Source: Escherichia phage vB_EcoS-26175I. From it: 64,000 nt of DNA. Where the stretch lies: the sequence record NC_133255.1; one strand, given 5' to 3'. Under the pieces are notes generated by a model. It was not told the origin of the DNA, ran no database searches, and saw only the letters and a list, made by a program, of their open reading frames with translations. Both the position numbers and the translations under genes were made by a program. Below are positions 45,546 through 55,468 of the stretch, piece after piece (position 1 is the stretch's first letter; every line of letters begins with the position of its first letter).

Positions 45546-45956
45546 ATGACTACTCCAACTCAGTGGACTGATGAACTGTTCGAAAAAATGTCTTCCGACT
45601 ACGTTGCTCGTATGGAGCAATTCCCAGAAGATGAGCGTCCGGGCGTTAGCATGGAAATTGTTAGCGAAATTGCTCAGGAAAATGGTGTAACTCCGAATGG
45701 TTTCCGTATGAAGCTGACCAAAGCAGGTCTGTATATCAAGAAAGCTGCTGGCTCTACTTCTAAATCAAGCGCATCTACTGGAGAAAAAGCTTCTGGGGGT
45801 TCTCGTACTTCCAAAGCTCAGGCTCACTCCGATCTACGCTCTGCATTCTCTGATGCTGGCTTAGCACCGGACTTCCTGGACGACGCAATCATCGACAAGC
45901 TGACCGGTAAAGCAGCTGCTCATCTGGCAGAAGCTATCCGAGCTATCACTAAGTAA
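45546..45956 (+). CDS. hypothetical protein
   Basis: 136 aa; promoter 45459-45487. Confidence 0.35.
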   Translation: MTTPTQWTDELFEKMSSDYVARMEQFPEDERPGVSMEIVSEIAQENGVTPNGFRMKLTKAGLYIKKAAGSTSKSSASTGEKASGGSRTSKAQAHSDLRSAFSDAGLAPDFLDDAIIDKLTGKAAAHLAEAIRAITK

Positions 45957-45992
45957 TTCTTAGATAAATCCACCAATACAAGGAATACAGTT

Positions 45993-46289
45993 ATGAATAA
46001 AGCTGAAATTATTGCTCAATGCGAAAAATTTGGTGAGTTTTATCTTCATTACGAAAAACTTCGTCAGAAAGGAACCACGTACCTTCAGGGTACGATGGAA
46101 TTTGATCCAGCTCAGGATAAATACCTGGCTGAGCGTATTAAACGTGAGCGCATCCGTAAGCCGAAAGAAGATGAAATCCTCGTTTTCTCTCGTACTAACG
46201 ATAGCTTCCGTTTCATTCCTGTTGCGAAAGTTCGCCGTGTGACGAGCCTCCAGTCAGAGTTAGATCGTGCTTCTCCAGTAGGCCGATAA
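45993..46289 (+). CDS. hypothetical protein
   Basis: 98 aa; terminator 46300-46322. Confidence 0.35.
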   Translation: MNKAEIIAQCEKFGEFYLHYEKLRQKGTTYLQGTMEFDPAQDKYLAERIKRERIRKPKEDEILVFSRTNDSFRFIPVAKVRRVTSLQSELDRASPVGR

Positions 46290-46299
46290 GAAACCAATT

Positions 46300-46322
46300 A
46301 GCCCCTATATGGGGCTTTTTGT
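46300..46322 (+). terminator. rho-independent terminator
   Basis: gcccc-tatat-ggggc followed by ttttt. Confidence 0.65.
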
Positions 46323-46339
46323 GTATTTGGGATATGTAA

Positions 46340-46648
46340 ATGAGCGATCAAGTAAATCAAAACTATGAAGGACACGTTGACGACCAGTCCATCATGCTTT
46401 GGGAGAAGGAGGGGGAACAAGTAAGATTAACCGTATCTGAATTTCGTGGGAATCTATACATGGGAATTCGTTACTGGCTCCAAGATATTACTGGAGAGTG
46501 GTTTCCAACGAAATCCGGCTTCTCTTTTCCTTATACCCTAGAAACTACATCACAGCTATTCTACGCTTTTACGCAAATCCTCAGTGAATCAGAGGTCTTG
46601 CATGAAGTACAGAAACGAGCTGAAGAACTCAAAGCCAAGAATGCCTAG
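46340..46648 (+). CDS. hypothetical protein
   Basis: 102 aa; hairpin plus T-run 46633-46665. Confidence 0.35.
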   Translation: MSDQVNQNYEGHVDDQSIMLWEKEGEQVRLTVSEFRGNLYMGIRYWLQDITGEWFPTKSGFSFPYTLETTSQLFYAFTQILSESEVLHEVQKRAEELKAKNA

Positions 46649-46675
46649 TTCTTGGCTTTTTCTTTATAAATGTAC

Positions 46676-46704
46676 TTGCTTTCTTCCCTATTTTCTTATA
46701 TAAT
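46676..46704 (+). promoter_or_regulatory. sigma70 promoter
   Basis: ttgctt 46676-46681, tataat 46699-46704. Confidence 0.55.
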
Positions 46705-46726
46705 AGTTATATAAATTAATGAGAGG

Positions 46727-47005
46727 GTGAATATGAAAAAGATAAAAATAAGTCCACTCAAACCTTTACCGTACATAGGACAGTCTTTAGTTCTTTCCTG
46801 GGAAGAAAAGCTCAATGGAGAGAAGGTACGTATGGTTCGACAGGGATATAAACTTATATCTCTCGCTTACGAAGCAAACACATTAGTTGCTGATATTTAC
46901 TCTCCAATAACTCAAAGAGTGGGAAGGACTACCTATCTTTGCTTATGTAAGAACTTTACATGGCAGGGAGATACTATTCATCCTAAAGCATATGAGGTAC
47001 AGTAA
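46727..47005 (+). CDS. hypothetical protein
   Basis: 92 aa; promoter 46676-46704, SD GAGAGGG. Confidence 0.3.
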   Translation: MNMKKIKISPLKPLPYIGQSLVLSWEEKLNGEKVRMVRQGYKLISLAYEANTLVADIYSPITQRVGRTTYLCLCKNFTWQGDTIHPKAYEVQ

Positions 47006-47200
47006 ATGACAATAACACTTCCAAAGATTCAAGCAAAACTTAATTTGCTCTCCATGGCAAGAAGCAACTATCAGGATAGTATCGGCACCCCAAACCAGAA
47101 AGCATACAAAGATGCATGGTTGAAAGAAGCTGCTGATTTAGCTGGTATGGCTGCTCAGTATAATAAAGAACTCAAAATGGAAATCGCAGACGATGAATAA
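47006..47200 (+). CDS. hypothetical protein
   Basis: 64 aa ORF. Confidence 0.3.
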   Translation: MTITLPKIQAKLNLLSMARSNYQDSIGTPNQKAYKDAWLKEAADLAGMAAQYNKELKMEIADDE

Positions 47201-48164
47201 TGTAAAAGACTTTATCAAACGTTGTCAAGAAGCGTACTACCAGGGAATGAGTCTTATTTCCGATGAAGAATATGATCGTCTAATTAAAAGATTCCCTCTA
47301 GAGGAAGAAATCGGACCGAAAGGTGATATCCCTCATTTGTATCGTATGTATTCTTTGCAGAAAGTCTATTATGGTCGTGGTGATAAATCTCCGTTCAATC
47401 CATTAGGTCAGGTTGAAACTGATAAGTTAGATGGTTGTGCGATTTCCCTATTATATATTAATGGTGAGTTTGTTCAAGCGTTAACTCGTGGTAACGGTAT
47501 TCTAGGGAATGATGTAACGCATAATGTTAAAATGCTGAACATCCCCAAAACTATTTCCCAAAAAGTACCAACTCAAATCACTGGTGAAGTTCTCATTACT
47601 AAAGAAGTAGAGAACAAACGTAACTATGCTTCTGGTGCTATTAACCTGAAAGATAGTGATGATTTCATGCAACGTATTGGTGAAGGTGGTTTAATCTTCG
47701 TTGCATATGGTATCCAGTGTTCAGCGGAAACAGTCGGTATTACAGAAGCCTATTTAAAAGATATGCTTTGGCTAGAGAATGAGAACTTCTTGACAGTTGT
47801 TAATGTTCGTTCCTTCTTTAAATGGATTCCGACAGATGGTAAAGTTGTTCGCATTAACGACAATAATAAATTCTTCCGTGAAGGTTGGACTAATAAATTT
47901 CCTCGTGGTGCATTTGCTATTAAAGAGGATGAAGAAGGCGAAATTACCACACTTGTTAAAGTTGAATGGCAAGTAGGGGCTTCTGGTAAGGTAACTCCAG
48001 TTGGTTATTTCGAACCGGTGATTATTGATGATGCCACAATCGTTAAAGCAACTCTTAATAACGTTGATTATATTAACGCTCTCGATTTAGAGATCGGTTG
48101 CCAGATTCGAGTGATTCGTGCTGGTGGTGTAATCCCTTGTATAGTAGAGCGAGTATACGACTAA
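47193..48164 (+). CDS. NAD-dependent DNA ligase, N-terminal (adenylation/OB) part
   Basis: N-terminus EEYDRLIKRF like LigA Ia domain; adenylation lysine motif KLDG. Confidence 0.75.
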   Translation: MNNVKDFIKRCQEAYYQGMSLISDEEYDRLIKRFPLEEEIGPKGDIPHLYRMYSLQKVYYGRGDKSPFNPLGQVETDKLDGCAISLLYINGEFVQALTRGNGILGNDVTHNVKMLNIPKTISQKVPTQITGEVLITKEVENKRNYASGAINLKDSDDFMQRIGEGGLIFVAYGIQCSAETVGITEAYLKDMLWLENENFLTVVNVRSFFKWIPTDGKVVRINDNNKFFREGWTNKFPRGAFAIKEDEEGEITTLVKVEWQVGASGKVTPVGYFEPVIIDDATIVKATLNNVDYINALDLEIGCQIRVIRAGGVIPCIVERVYD

Positions 48165-48307
48165 TTCGTAACCCTTTGCTACCCGTTTACCATGTCGGAA
48201 TTATAAAGTGGTTATTGACATTTTCGCCGCTTAGGTATATACTATTATCATTCAGTTGAGGGATAGAAAGTTATGGCGAGGGTAAGCAAAGTTAGTTAAA
48301 ATTGTAG

Positions 48308-48336
48308 TTGCTAAATGCTTAAATACTTGCTATAAT
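48308..48336 (+). promoter_or_regulatory. sigma70 promoter between the two ligase ORFs
   Basis: ttgcta 48308-48313, tataat 48331-48336. Confidence 0.55.
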
Positions 48337-48363
48337 ATTTATATAAATTGATAAGGAAGAAAT

Positions 48364-49146
48364 TTGATGAAAATCGAAATTCCAACACAATGTCCCTCTT
48401 GTGGTTCTAAGCTAGATCTTGTCAACGGGCAATTATTCTGTAGGAATAAGTCCAACTGTCCAGCGCAATCAAGTAAGTTAATCGAGAACTTCTGCACAAA
48501 AATGAAGTTAAAGGGCTTTGGCCCGAAAACTATTGAGAAGCTGGAGCTGACTAAGATCTCAGAACTGTTTTACCTGACCGAAGAAGATTTGGTCGGAGCT
48601 GTGGGTAGCAAGGTTGCCACTAAGTTGATTAGCGAGTTAAATACTAAGGTTCGCGGAGACATTGACTTTGGTTCAGTTCTCGGTTCTTTAGGAATTCCTC
48701 TTATTGGAGAGGTTGCAGCAAAGAAACTGTCCCAAAATTGCACTAGCTTCCACGATGTGAAGGCTGACGGCAAGGCTGGAGAAAATTACAAAACCTGGCT
48801 AAATTCCCCACAAGGCAAGGATGTTATTGAATTACCGTGGAAATTCTCAACTGGTATTCGAGGCATTAAAGCTGATATCATCATTACGGATGATTTAGTT
48901 GCCCAACCAAATGGAATCACGGTCTGTATTACCGGATCTTTGCAAGATTTTGCAAATCGAACGGATGCAACAAACTATTTAGAAAGTCTAGGATATACGG
49001 TTAAGAAGTCCGTTACCAAAGATGTCAAATACCTAATCTGTGAGGATGAATCAAAACGTTCTTCCTCATCTTATAAGAAAGCCGAAACGAATGGGATAGA
49101 AATCCTGTCGATTAAAGAACTATTGGAGAAAAATAATAATGTCTAA
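48364..49146 (+). CDS. NAD-dependent DNA ligase, C-terminal (Zn-finger/HhH/BRCT) part
   Basis: CPSCGSKL...CRNKSNCPAQ zinc finger then HhH-like and BRCT-like regions; own promoter 48308-48336. Confidence 0.75.
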   Translation: MMKIEIPTQCPSCGSKLDLVNGQLFCRNKSNCPAQSSKLIENFCTKMKLKGFGPKTIEKLELTKISELFYLTEEDLVGAVGSKVATKLISELNTKVRGDIDFGSVLGSLGIPLIGEVAAKKLSQNCTSFHDVKADGKAGENYKTWLNSPQGKDVIELPWKFSTGIRGIKADIIITDDLVAQPNGITVCITGSLQDFANRTDATNYLESLGYTVKKSVTKDVKYLICEDESKRSSSSYKKAETNGIEILSIKELLEKNNNV

Positions 49147-49906
49147 ACTGAACTGGAACGTAGAAGGTGTAACCGAGTCTCTGAAAGCAAAAGCCACTGC
49201 TCTGGGTGTTGCTGTAATCTCTCAAGAACAAGTAGCTGCTATCGCTGCTGAACTGGCTACCGAGACTGGTAAAGACGTTACCGCCCGCTCTGTTGGCTCT
49301 AAGCTGCGTAAAGAAGGTTTTGAAGTACAGAAAGCTAACGAAGTACAGAAATCCCCGTGGACTCCTGAGCAGGAAGCTGAACTGGTTGATTTCCTGAACG
49401 CTCATGCTGGTCAGTATACTTACGCTGAAATCGCTGCTGCTGTAGCTGGTGGTCAGTTTGGTGCTAAGCAGGTACAGGGAAAGATCCTGAGTCTGGAAAT
49501 GACCGCTTCTGTTAAGCCAACTGAAAAAGCTGCTGCTGTTCGTTCCTTCACTCCGGACGAAGAAACTGATTTCGTTAATCAGGTTGTTGCTGGTGCTACT
49601 ATTGAAGCTATCGCTGCTCACTTCGGTCGCAATATTAAGCAGATCCGTGGTAAAGCTCTGAGCCTGCTTCGTGAAGGTCGTATCGCTGCTATGCCGGTAC
49701 AGGAAACTTCAAGTGCTAAAACTCGTGAAGATCTGTTAGAAGGTCTGGATCTGGCTAACATGACTGTTGCTGAGATCGCTGAAAAAACTGGTAAGTCTGA
49801 GCGCGGTGTTAAATCTATGCTGTCTCGTCGTGGTCTGGTTGCTAAGGACTATGATGGTGCCGCTAAGCGTGCTAAACTGGATGCAAAAGCTGCGGCTGCT
49901 GAATAA
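49139..49906 (+). CDS. Ala-rich protein with three HTH-like repeats
   Basis: repeats TYAEIAAAVAG / TIEAIAAHFGRNIKQIRGKALSL / TVAEIAEKTGKSERGVKSMLSRRGL; GCT/CTG-rich codon usage unlike neighbours. Confidence 0.45.
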   Translation: MSKLNWNVEGVTESLKAKATALGVAVISQEQVAAIAAELATETGKDVTARSVGSKLRKEGFEVQKANEVQKSPWTPEQEAELVDFLNAHAGQYTYAEIAAAVAGGQFGAKQVQGKILSLEMTASVKPTEKAAAVRSFTPDEETDFVNQVVAGATIEAIAAHFGRNIKQIRGKALSLLREGRIAAMPVQETSSAKTREDLLEGLDLANMTVAEIAEKTGKSERGVKSMLSRRGLVAKDYDGAAKRAKLDAKAAAAE

Positions 49907-49915
49907 TCTGGTAAA

Positions 49916-49948
49916 TTAAACCTAAGGGGAGGGGGCTATGCTCCTTCC
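49916..49948 (+). terminator. rho-independent terminator
   Basis: aaggggagg...ccttcccct followed by ttttt. Confidence 0.6.
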
Positions 49949-49988
49949 CCTTTTTGCATTTAGAAGGCACGAAAGCGTGCAAAGGAGA

Positions 49989-51461
49989 ATGACCTTGTTT
50001 AACGTGCAAGCTGTAGTGTTGAAGATGCTTCTCGCTTCTGAACAGAAGCAAATAGCATTGGAAACATTCTCAAAACTGCATAAAGATCATTTTAATGACG
50101 CTTTCTCCTCAATTTACCAAGCCGTCCAGAATTATTATAAGAAATATAACGCAATGCCGTCCATTGACGCACTGATGCTTGAGGCCAATAGGAACGCCCG
50201 CCTTTCTCAAGCTCTTGTCGTCTTAGCTAACACTCAAATTCCAGAAGTGAGCATGGAACAGGCACTTGAAGTCCTAGAAGCCGAATATACACAGGATCTA
50301 TTCCTGAAACTTCTAGAAACAGACGTGCTTCAAGATTTAACAATGCTGGATCAGGGAGAAATTCTCAACCGAGTTGCCTCCCTTCACTTAAAATTAGAAG
50401 AGAAAGTAACGAATACTGGAAAGGTATTCAACGCAGACACAATGCGTATTTTCCAGAGAGAAGAAGATACCAAACTGAACTTGATCGCTCTTGGTATTTG
50501 TAATGAGTTCGACGCTCAAATTGGTTTAGCTCGCACAGAAACGTTACTGCTTGGTGGTTGGCGTGGTACTGGTAAATCCATTATCTGTTCAAACATACAG
50601 GTTCAGCAATATTTGAATGGAGACATTGCTCCATATTTCTCAATTGAGATGAAAGAGCACGAAGTGTTTAGACGTAATCTGGCTATGTTAGCTGGAGTAT
50701 CTGCATTAGCAATGCGTAATAACACTCTTGAAGGTGCTGCTCTGTTGAGATTAGCCAGAACTAGGGCTAGAATGTTTAATGGTGGTGAAGAGCTTTTCGA
50801 TAACTTCGTTAAGCAGTACACTATGGCTAAAATGAGTGACTTCTATGATATGGAAAGTAAACTCATTGAAGGCTATGAGCTTCACACTCCTATGATCATC
50901 GTTTACGACCCTGAACTGTCTATTACGACGGTTGACGTAGAATTAAATAAACTAGTTGCTAAGTATGGTGATAAGGTTACTGTAGCTCTTCTAGACTACA
51001 TTAACCAAACAAGACTTCCAGATTCAAAGACCATTGACATGTATGACTGGAAAGAACAGATGGTTGTTAGTTCATCTTTCAAATCTATCTGCCAGAAACA
51101 TAACGTGGCTGGTGTTGCCCCTTACCAGATTGACCAAGATGGTAGAACGCGTATGTCTAAAGGGATTCTTGATTCCGCAGATATGGCTGCTAATCTTAAT
51201 GCTGCAAAAGCTGATAACGGTCAAGGTGCTATTATGTTTGACTTCGTTAAGACTCGTTCCTCTGATAGTGTGAAGTTTATGCCTAAGATGAACTGGGAAA
51301 CTCTGCGAATGGATAATACTACCAACCTAGCAATGGAAGATATTGCGCAAATGGAAGCTGAGTTCGTTATTCCTATTGAAAAGGATAAACCAGCTCAACC
51401 TAAACGTGCTAAGAAAGACAAAGCTGAAAATTCAACAGGTGAACAGGCCAGCGATATATGA
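49989..51461 (+). CDS. DnaB-like replicative helicase
   Basis: Walker A GGWRGTGKS; start at ATG 49989 after SD AAAGGAGA. Confidence 0.6.
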   Translation: MTLFNVQAVVLKMLLASEQKQIALETFSKLHKDHFNDAFSSIYQAVQNYYKKYNAMPSIDALMLEANRNARLSQALVVLANTQIPEVSMEQALEVLEAEYTQDLFLKLLETDVLQDLTMLDQGEILNRVASLHLKLEEKVTNTGKVFNADTMRIFQREEDTKLNLIALGICNEFDAQIGLARTETLLLGGWRGTGKSIICSNIQVQQYLNGDIAPYFSIEMKEHEVFRRNLAMLAGVSALAMRNNTLEGAALLRLARTRARMFNGGEELFDNFVKQYTMAKMSDFYDMESKLIEGYELHTPMIIVYDPELSITTVDVELNKLVAKYGDKVTVALLDYINQTRLPDSKTIDMYDWKEQMVVSSSFKSICQKHNVAGVAPYQIDQDGRTRMSKGILDSADMAANLNAAKADNGQGAIMFDFVKTRSSDSVKFMPKMNWETLRMDNTTNLAMEDIAQMEAEFVIPIEKDKPAQPKRAKKDKAENSTGEQASDI

Positions 51462-52348
51462 GTAGAATAACAGAACTACTTGATCTGAAAGGCATTGAAT
51501 ACAAAGACACAGGTGGGGACATCCTCATCTGTTGTCTCAATCCAGATCATGATGATAGACACCCAAGCTTGCGTATTGATCCTGCATCAGGTATTATGCA
51601 TTGCTTGAGCTGTGGCTTCGGTAGAGGAATACCGAGCATTTACCATTATTTTAATGAGACTCAGTACAGACAGTCCCCAAGATTGTCACAAGTACGTAAA
51701 AAGATTTCAGAGATTAGGAATGGATCTACGAATCTTGCAATTCCTGAATCTGCTTACCTTTTCGAAGGTGATTTCCGAGGTATCAGTTCTAAGACCTTGA
51801 AGAAATATTTTGCTTTCCAACATCAAGCAGACTGGGAAGGCAGAATTGTATTCCCAATAACAGATGCTGTTGGACGCAATATCCTATTCCTGGGACGTTC
51901 TATAAACAGTTCTGCCCCTCCTAAATACTTAGTAAAACCAAAACAAGTTTCACCACCGATTTTCCCTGTACGATATAATACACCAGTTCTTGTTCTAGTT
52001 GAAGGTATCTTTGATATGTTAAATCTAGAAGATAACGGTGTGGATTATGCTTCTTGCTGCTTTGGTACACATCAGTTTACATCTGATAACATTGCTGATA
52101 AGTTCAGTTCTTACATTATTGCTGGAGTAAGAGTAGTTGTTATCTTGCTAGATAACGATGCCTCTGGTAATAAAGCTGCCCAAGCACTAGCGAAGCTAAT
52201 TCGTACAAAAACACGTTTAACACCTGTAGTTGGTAACTTCCTTCTTCCAGAAGGCAAAGACCCAGGTGATTTAAATAAAGAAGAGATCGATATGTTGGCT
52301 CAACGTATTGAAATTTTAGTTGCCGAATCGCTCAAAGATTTGGTATAA
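51458..52348 (+). CDS. DnaG-like DNA primase
   Basis: N-terminal zinc-binding CCLNPDHDDRHPS...HCLSCG, TOPRIM-like VLVEGIFDMLNL. Confidence 0.65.
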   Translation: MSRITELLDLKGIEYKDTGGDILICCLNPDHDDRHPSLRIDPASGIMHCLSCGFGRGIPSIYHYFNETQYRQSPRLSQVRKKISEIRNGSTNLAIPESAYLFEGDFRGISSKTLKKYFAFQHQADWEGRIVFPITDAVGRNILFLGRSINSSAPPKYLVKPKQVSPPIFPVRYNTPVLVLVEGIFDMLNLEDNGVDYASCCFGTHQFTSDNIADKFSSYIIAGVRVVVILLDNDASGNKAAQALAKLIRTKTRLTPVVGNFLLPEGKDPGDLNKEEIDMLAQRIEILVAESLKDLV

Positions 52349-52349
52349 T
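52321..52349 (+). promoter_or_regulatory. putative promoter with extended -10 upstream of DNA polymerase
   Basis: tggtataat 52341-52349; weak -35. Confidence 0.35.
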
Positions 52350-52410
52350 ATATTGGTAAGTTAGAGAAGAAACACTGAAGTTATACTTACTTACCAAAAG
52401 GAGACTAAAT

Positions 52411-54978
52411 TTGAAAATTGCAGTAGTTGATAAAGCTCTAAATAACACTCGTTATGATAAACACTTCCAGCTTTATGGTGAGGAAGTTGATGTATTCCAT
52501 ATGTGTAACGAGAAGTTATCTGGCCGTTTGCTGAAAAAACATATTACAATCGGAACTCCAGATAACCCGTTCGATCCGAACGATTACGATTTTGTTGTAC
52601 TAGTTGGTGCTGAACCTTTCCTGTATTTCGCAGGTAAGAAAGGTATCGGTGATTATACTGGTAAACGTGTAGAGCATGGCGGCTATGCCAATTGGATTGC
52701 AAGCATTAGTCCAGCTCAGTTACACTTTAAACCTGAAATGAAACCAGTTTTCGATGCAACTGTAGAAAGTATTCACGATATTATTAATGGTCGTGAGAAG
52801 ATTGCAAAAGCTGGTGATTATCGTCCTATTACTGATCCAGATGAAGCTGAAGAATATATCAAGATGGTGTATAACATGGTTATCGGACCTATCGCATTCG
52901 ACTCCGAAACCTCAGCTTTGTACGCTCGTGATGGTTATCTGCTTGGTGTTTCTATGTCTCACCAAGAGTATCAGGGTGTTTATATTGACTCTGATAGCAT
53001 CACCGAAGTAGCTGTACATTATCTCCAGAAAATTCTGGATAGCAAGAATCATCAGATCGTTTTTCATAACTTGAAGTTCGATATGCACTTTTATTCCTAT
53101 CATCTAGGACTTTCCTTCGAGAAAGCACATAAAGAGCGTAGACTTCATGATACCATGTTGCAACACTATGTTCTCGATGAACGTCGTGGTACTCACGGCT
53201 TGAAATCTCTGGCTATGAAGTATACGGACATGGGCGATTATGACTTTGAACTGGATAAGTTCAAGGATGATTATTGCAAGGCACATAAGATCAAAAAAGA
53301 GGATTTCAGCTATGATCTGATTCCTTTTGATATTATGTGGCCATATGCTGCAAAAGATACCGATGCTACTCTGCGTCTGCATAACTTCTTCTTACCAAAA
53401 ATTGAGAAGAACGAAAAGCTTTGCAGTCTATACTACGAAGTTCTGATGCCTGGTTGTGTATTCCTGCAACGTGTTGAAGATCGTGGTGTACCAATTTCTG
53501 TTGATCGCTTAAAAGAAGCTCAGTATCAATTAACTCACAATCTGAATAAGGCTCGTGAGAAGCTGTATACTTATCCAGAAGTCGTTCAGCTAGAGAAAGA
53601 TCAGAACGAAGCGTTTAATCCGAACTCTGTTAAGCAACTCCGTGTTCTTCTGTTTGATTATGTTGGTTTAACTCCAACTGGTAAATTGACGGATACAGGT
53701 GCAGATTCTACAAACGCAGAAGCTCTGAACGAACTGGCTACTCAGCACCCGATTGCTAAAACTCTGCTAGAGATTCGTAAGCTGACTAAGCTGATCTCTA
53801 CTTATGTTGAAAAGATTCTTCTGAGCATCGATGCAGATGGTTGTATTCGTACCGGTTTCCACGAACATATGACTACTTCTGGTCGTCTGAGTTCTTCTGG
53901 TAAGCTGAACCTACAACAGTTACCACGTGATGAATCTATTATCAAGGGTTGTGTAGTAGCTCCTCCTGGATATCGTGTAATTGCATGGGACTTAACAACT
54001 GCGGAAGTTTACTATGCTGCTGTTCTGTCTGGTGACAGAAATATGCAACAAGTATTTATCAACATGAAGAATGAGCCTGATAAATACCCTGACTTCCACT
54101 CAAACATCGCCCACATGGTATTTAAACTGACTTGTGAACCACGTGATGTTAAGAAGCTGTTCCCAGCTCTGCGTCAGGCTGCTAAGGCAATTACCTTCGG
54201 TATTCTGTATGGTTCTGGCCCAGCGAAAGTAGCTCATTCTGTTAACGAAGCTCTTCTGGAACAGGCTGCTAAGACAGGCGAACCGTTTGTTGAATGTACC
54301 GTTGCAGATGCGAAGGACTATATCGAAACTTACTTCGGTCAGTTCCCTCAGCTTAAGCGTTGGATTGATAAGTGCCACGATCAGATCAAGAACTTTGGGT
54401 TCATCTATAGTCACTTTGGTCGTAAGCGTCGTCTGCACAACATCCATTCCGAAGATCGTGGTGTTCAGGGTGAAGAAATCCGTTCTGGATTTAACGCAAT
54501 CATTCAGTCTGCATCTTCTGATAGCCTGTTGTTAGGTGCTATTGATGCTGATGAAGAAATCCTGTCCCTGGGTCTAGGAAAAGAGATGAAGATCGTCATG
54601 TTGGTTCACGACTCCGTGGTTGCTATTGTACGTGAAGATCTGATTGATCAGTATAACGAGATTCTGATTCGTAACATCCAGAAGGATCGTGGTATTAGTA
54701 TCCCTGGCTGCCCAATCGGTATTGATTCTGATTCTGAGAAAGGTGGTTCTCGTGACTACTCTTGTGGTAAGATGAAGAAACAGCACCCATCAATCGCTTG
54801 TATTGATGATGATGAATATACTCGTTATGTTAAGGGTGTATTACTCGATGCAGATTTCGAGTATAAGAAGTTAGCTGCAATGGATAAAGAGCATCCAGAC
54901 CACAGCAAGTACAAGGATGATAAGTTTATTGCTGTATGTAAAGATCTGGATAATGTGAAAAGGATTTTAGGTGCTTGA
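52411..54978 (+). CDS. DNA polymerase, family A, with 3'-5' exonuclease domain
   Basis: 855 aa; exo motif FDSETSALY; Pol I-type palm motifs; apparent TTG start at 52411 after SD AAGGAGA. Confidence 0.9.
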   Translation: MKIAVVDKALNNTRYDKHFQLYGEEVDVFHMCNEKLSGRLLKKHITIGTPDNPFDPNDYDFVVLVGAEPFLYFAGKKGIGDYTGKRVEHGGYANWIASISPAQLHFKPEMKPVFDATVESIHDIINGREKIAKAGDYRPITDPDEAEEYIKMVYNMVIGPIAFDSETSALYARDGYLLGVSMSHQEYQGVYIDSDSITEVAVHYLQKILDSKNHQIVFHNLKFDMHFYSYHLGLSFEKAHKERRLHDTMLQHYVLDERRGTHGLKSLAMKYTDMGDYDFELDKFKDDYCKAHKIKKEDFSYDLIPFDIMWPYAAKDTDATLRLHNFFLPKIEKNEKLCSLYYEVLMPGCVFLQRVEDRGVPISVDRLKEAQYQLTHNLNKAREKLYTYPEVVQLEKDQNEAFNPNSVKQLRVLLFDYVGLTPTGKLTDTGADSTNAEALNELATQHPIAKTLLEIRKLTKLISTYVEKILLSIDADGCIRTGFHEHMTTSGRLSSSGKLNLQQLPRDESIIKGCVVAPPGYRVIAWDLTTAEVYYAAVLSGDRNMQQVFINMKNEPDKYPDFHSNIAHMVFKLTCEPRDVKKLFPALRQAAKAITFGILYGSGPAKVAHSVNEALLEQAAKTGEPFVECTVADAKDYIETYFGQFPQLKRWIDKCHDQIKNFGFIYSHFGRKRRLHNIHSEDRGVQGEEIRSGFNAIIQSASSDSLLLGAIDADEEILSLGLGKEMKIVMLVHDSVVAIVREDLIDQYNEILIRNIQKDRGISIPGCPIGIDSDSEKGGSRDYSCGKMKKQHPSIACIDDDEYTRYVKGVLLDADFEYKKLAAMDKEHPDHSKYKDDKFIAVCKDLDNVKRILGA

Positions 54979-55468
54979 TTTCAAATTGCCCGTATATGCT
55001 TTACGGGCATTTGTATCAATTGAGCAGGAAGGTGATTATTCCGTAATTACAACAAGATATAATAAATATGTGCTAGATAACAGGGAGTTGCCTGGCACAT
55101 TCTCTCAACGTAGGTTAGCCTTATTTGAGAAGCGGAAAGAATTACCTTATAAGCTCTACCCTATTCGTGGTAGAATATCAATGTTGTCCCAATTAGTTGG
55201 GTCAAAGCGTAGCCAGTTCATAGATTCTGATGGAAATCTAATTAACTGGAAGAAAACTACGTTCTATGATGTTATCACGTCTAAAGTTCTGCATTCTGCA
55301 AGAATTTATAATGGAAAGTATCAATGCTATGTGGCTAAAGTCCCGTATCCATTCGTGCTATCCTATGTTCCAGCTTATATAAGCTATATTCTGGTAAATA
55401 ATAGCCCTGTTATTTATCAAGTCCATCAAGAGGAGCCTGAAATTCCTAGACTTAGAATAAAATTATGA
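54971..55468 (+). CDS. hypothetical protein
   Basis: 165 aa ORF. Confidence 0.35.
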   Translation: MLDFKLPVYALRAFVSIEQEGDYSVITTRYNKYVLDNRELPGTFSQRRLALFEKRKELPYKLYPIRGRISMLSQLVGSKRSQFIDSDGNLINWKKTTFYDVITSKVLHSARIYNGKYQCYVAKVPYPFVLSYVPAYISYILVNNSPVIYQVHQEEPEIPRLRIKL

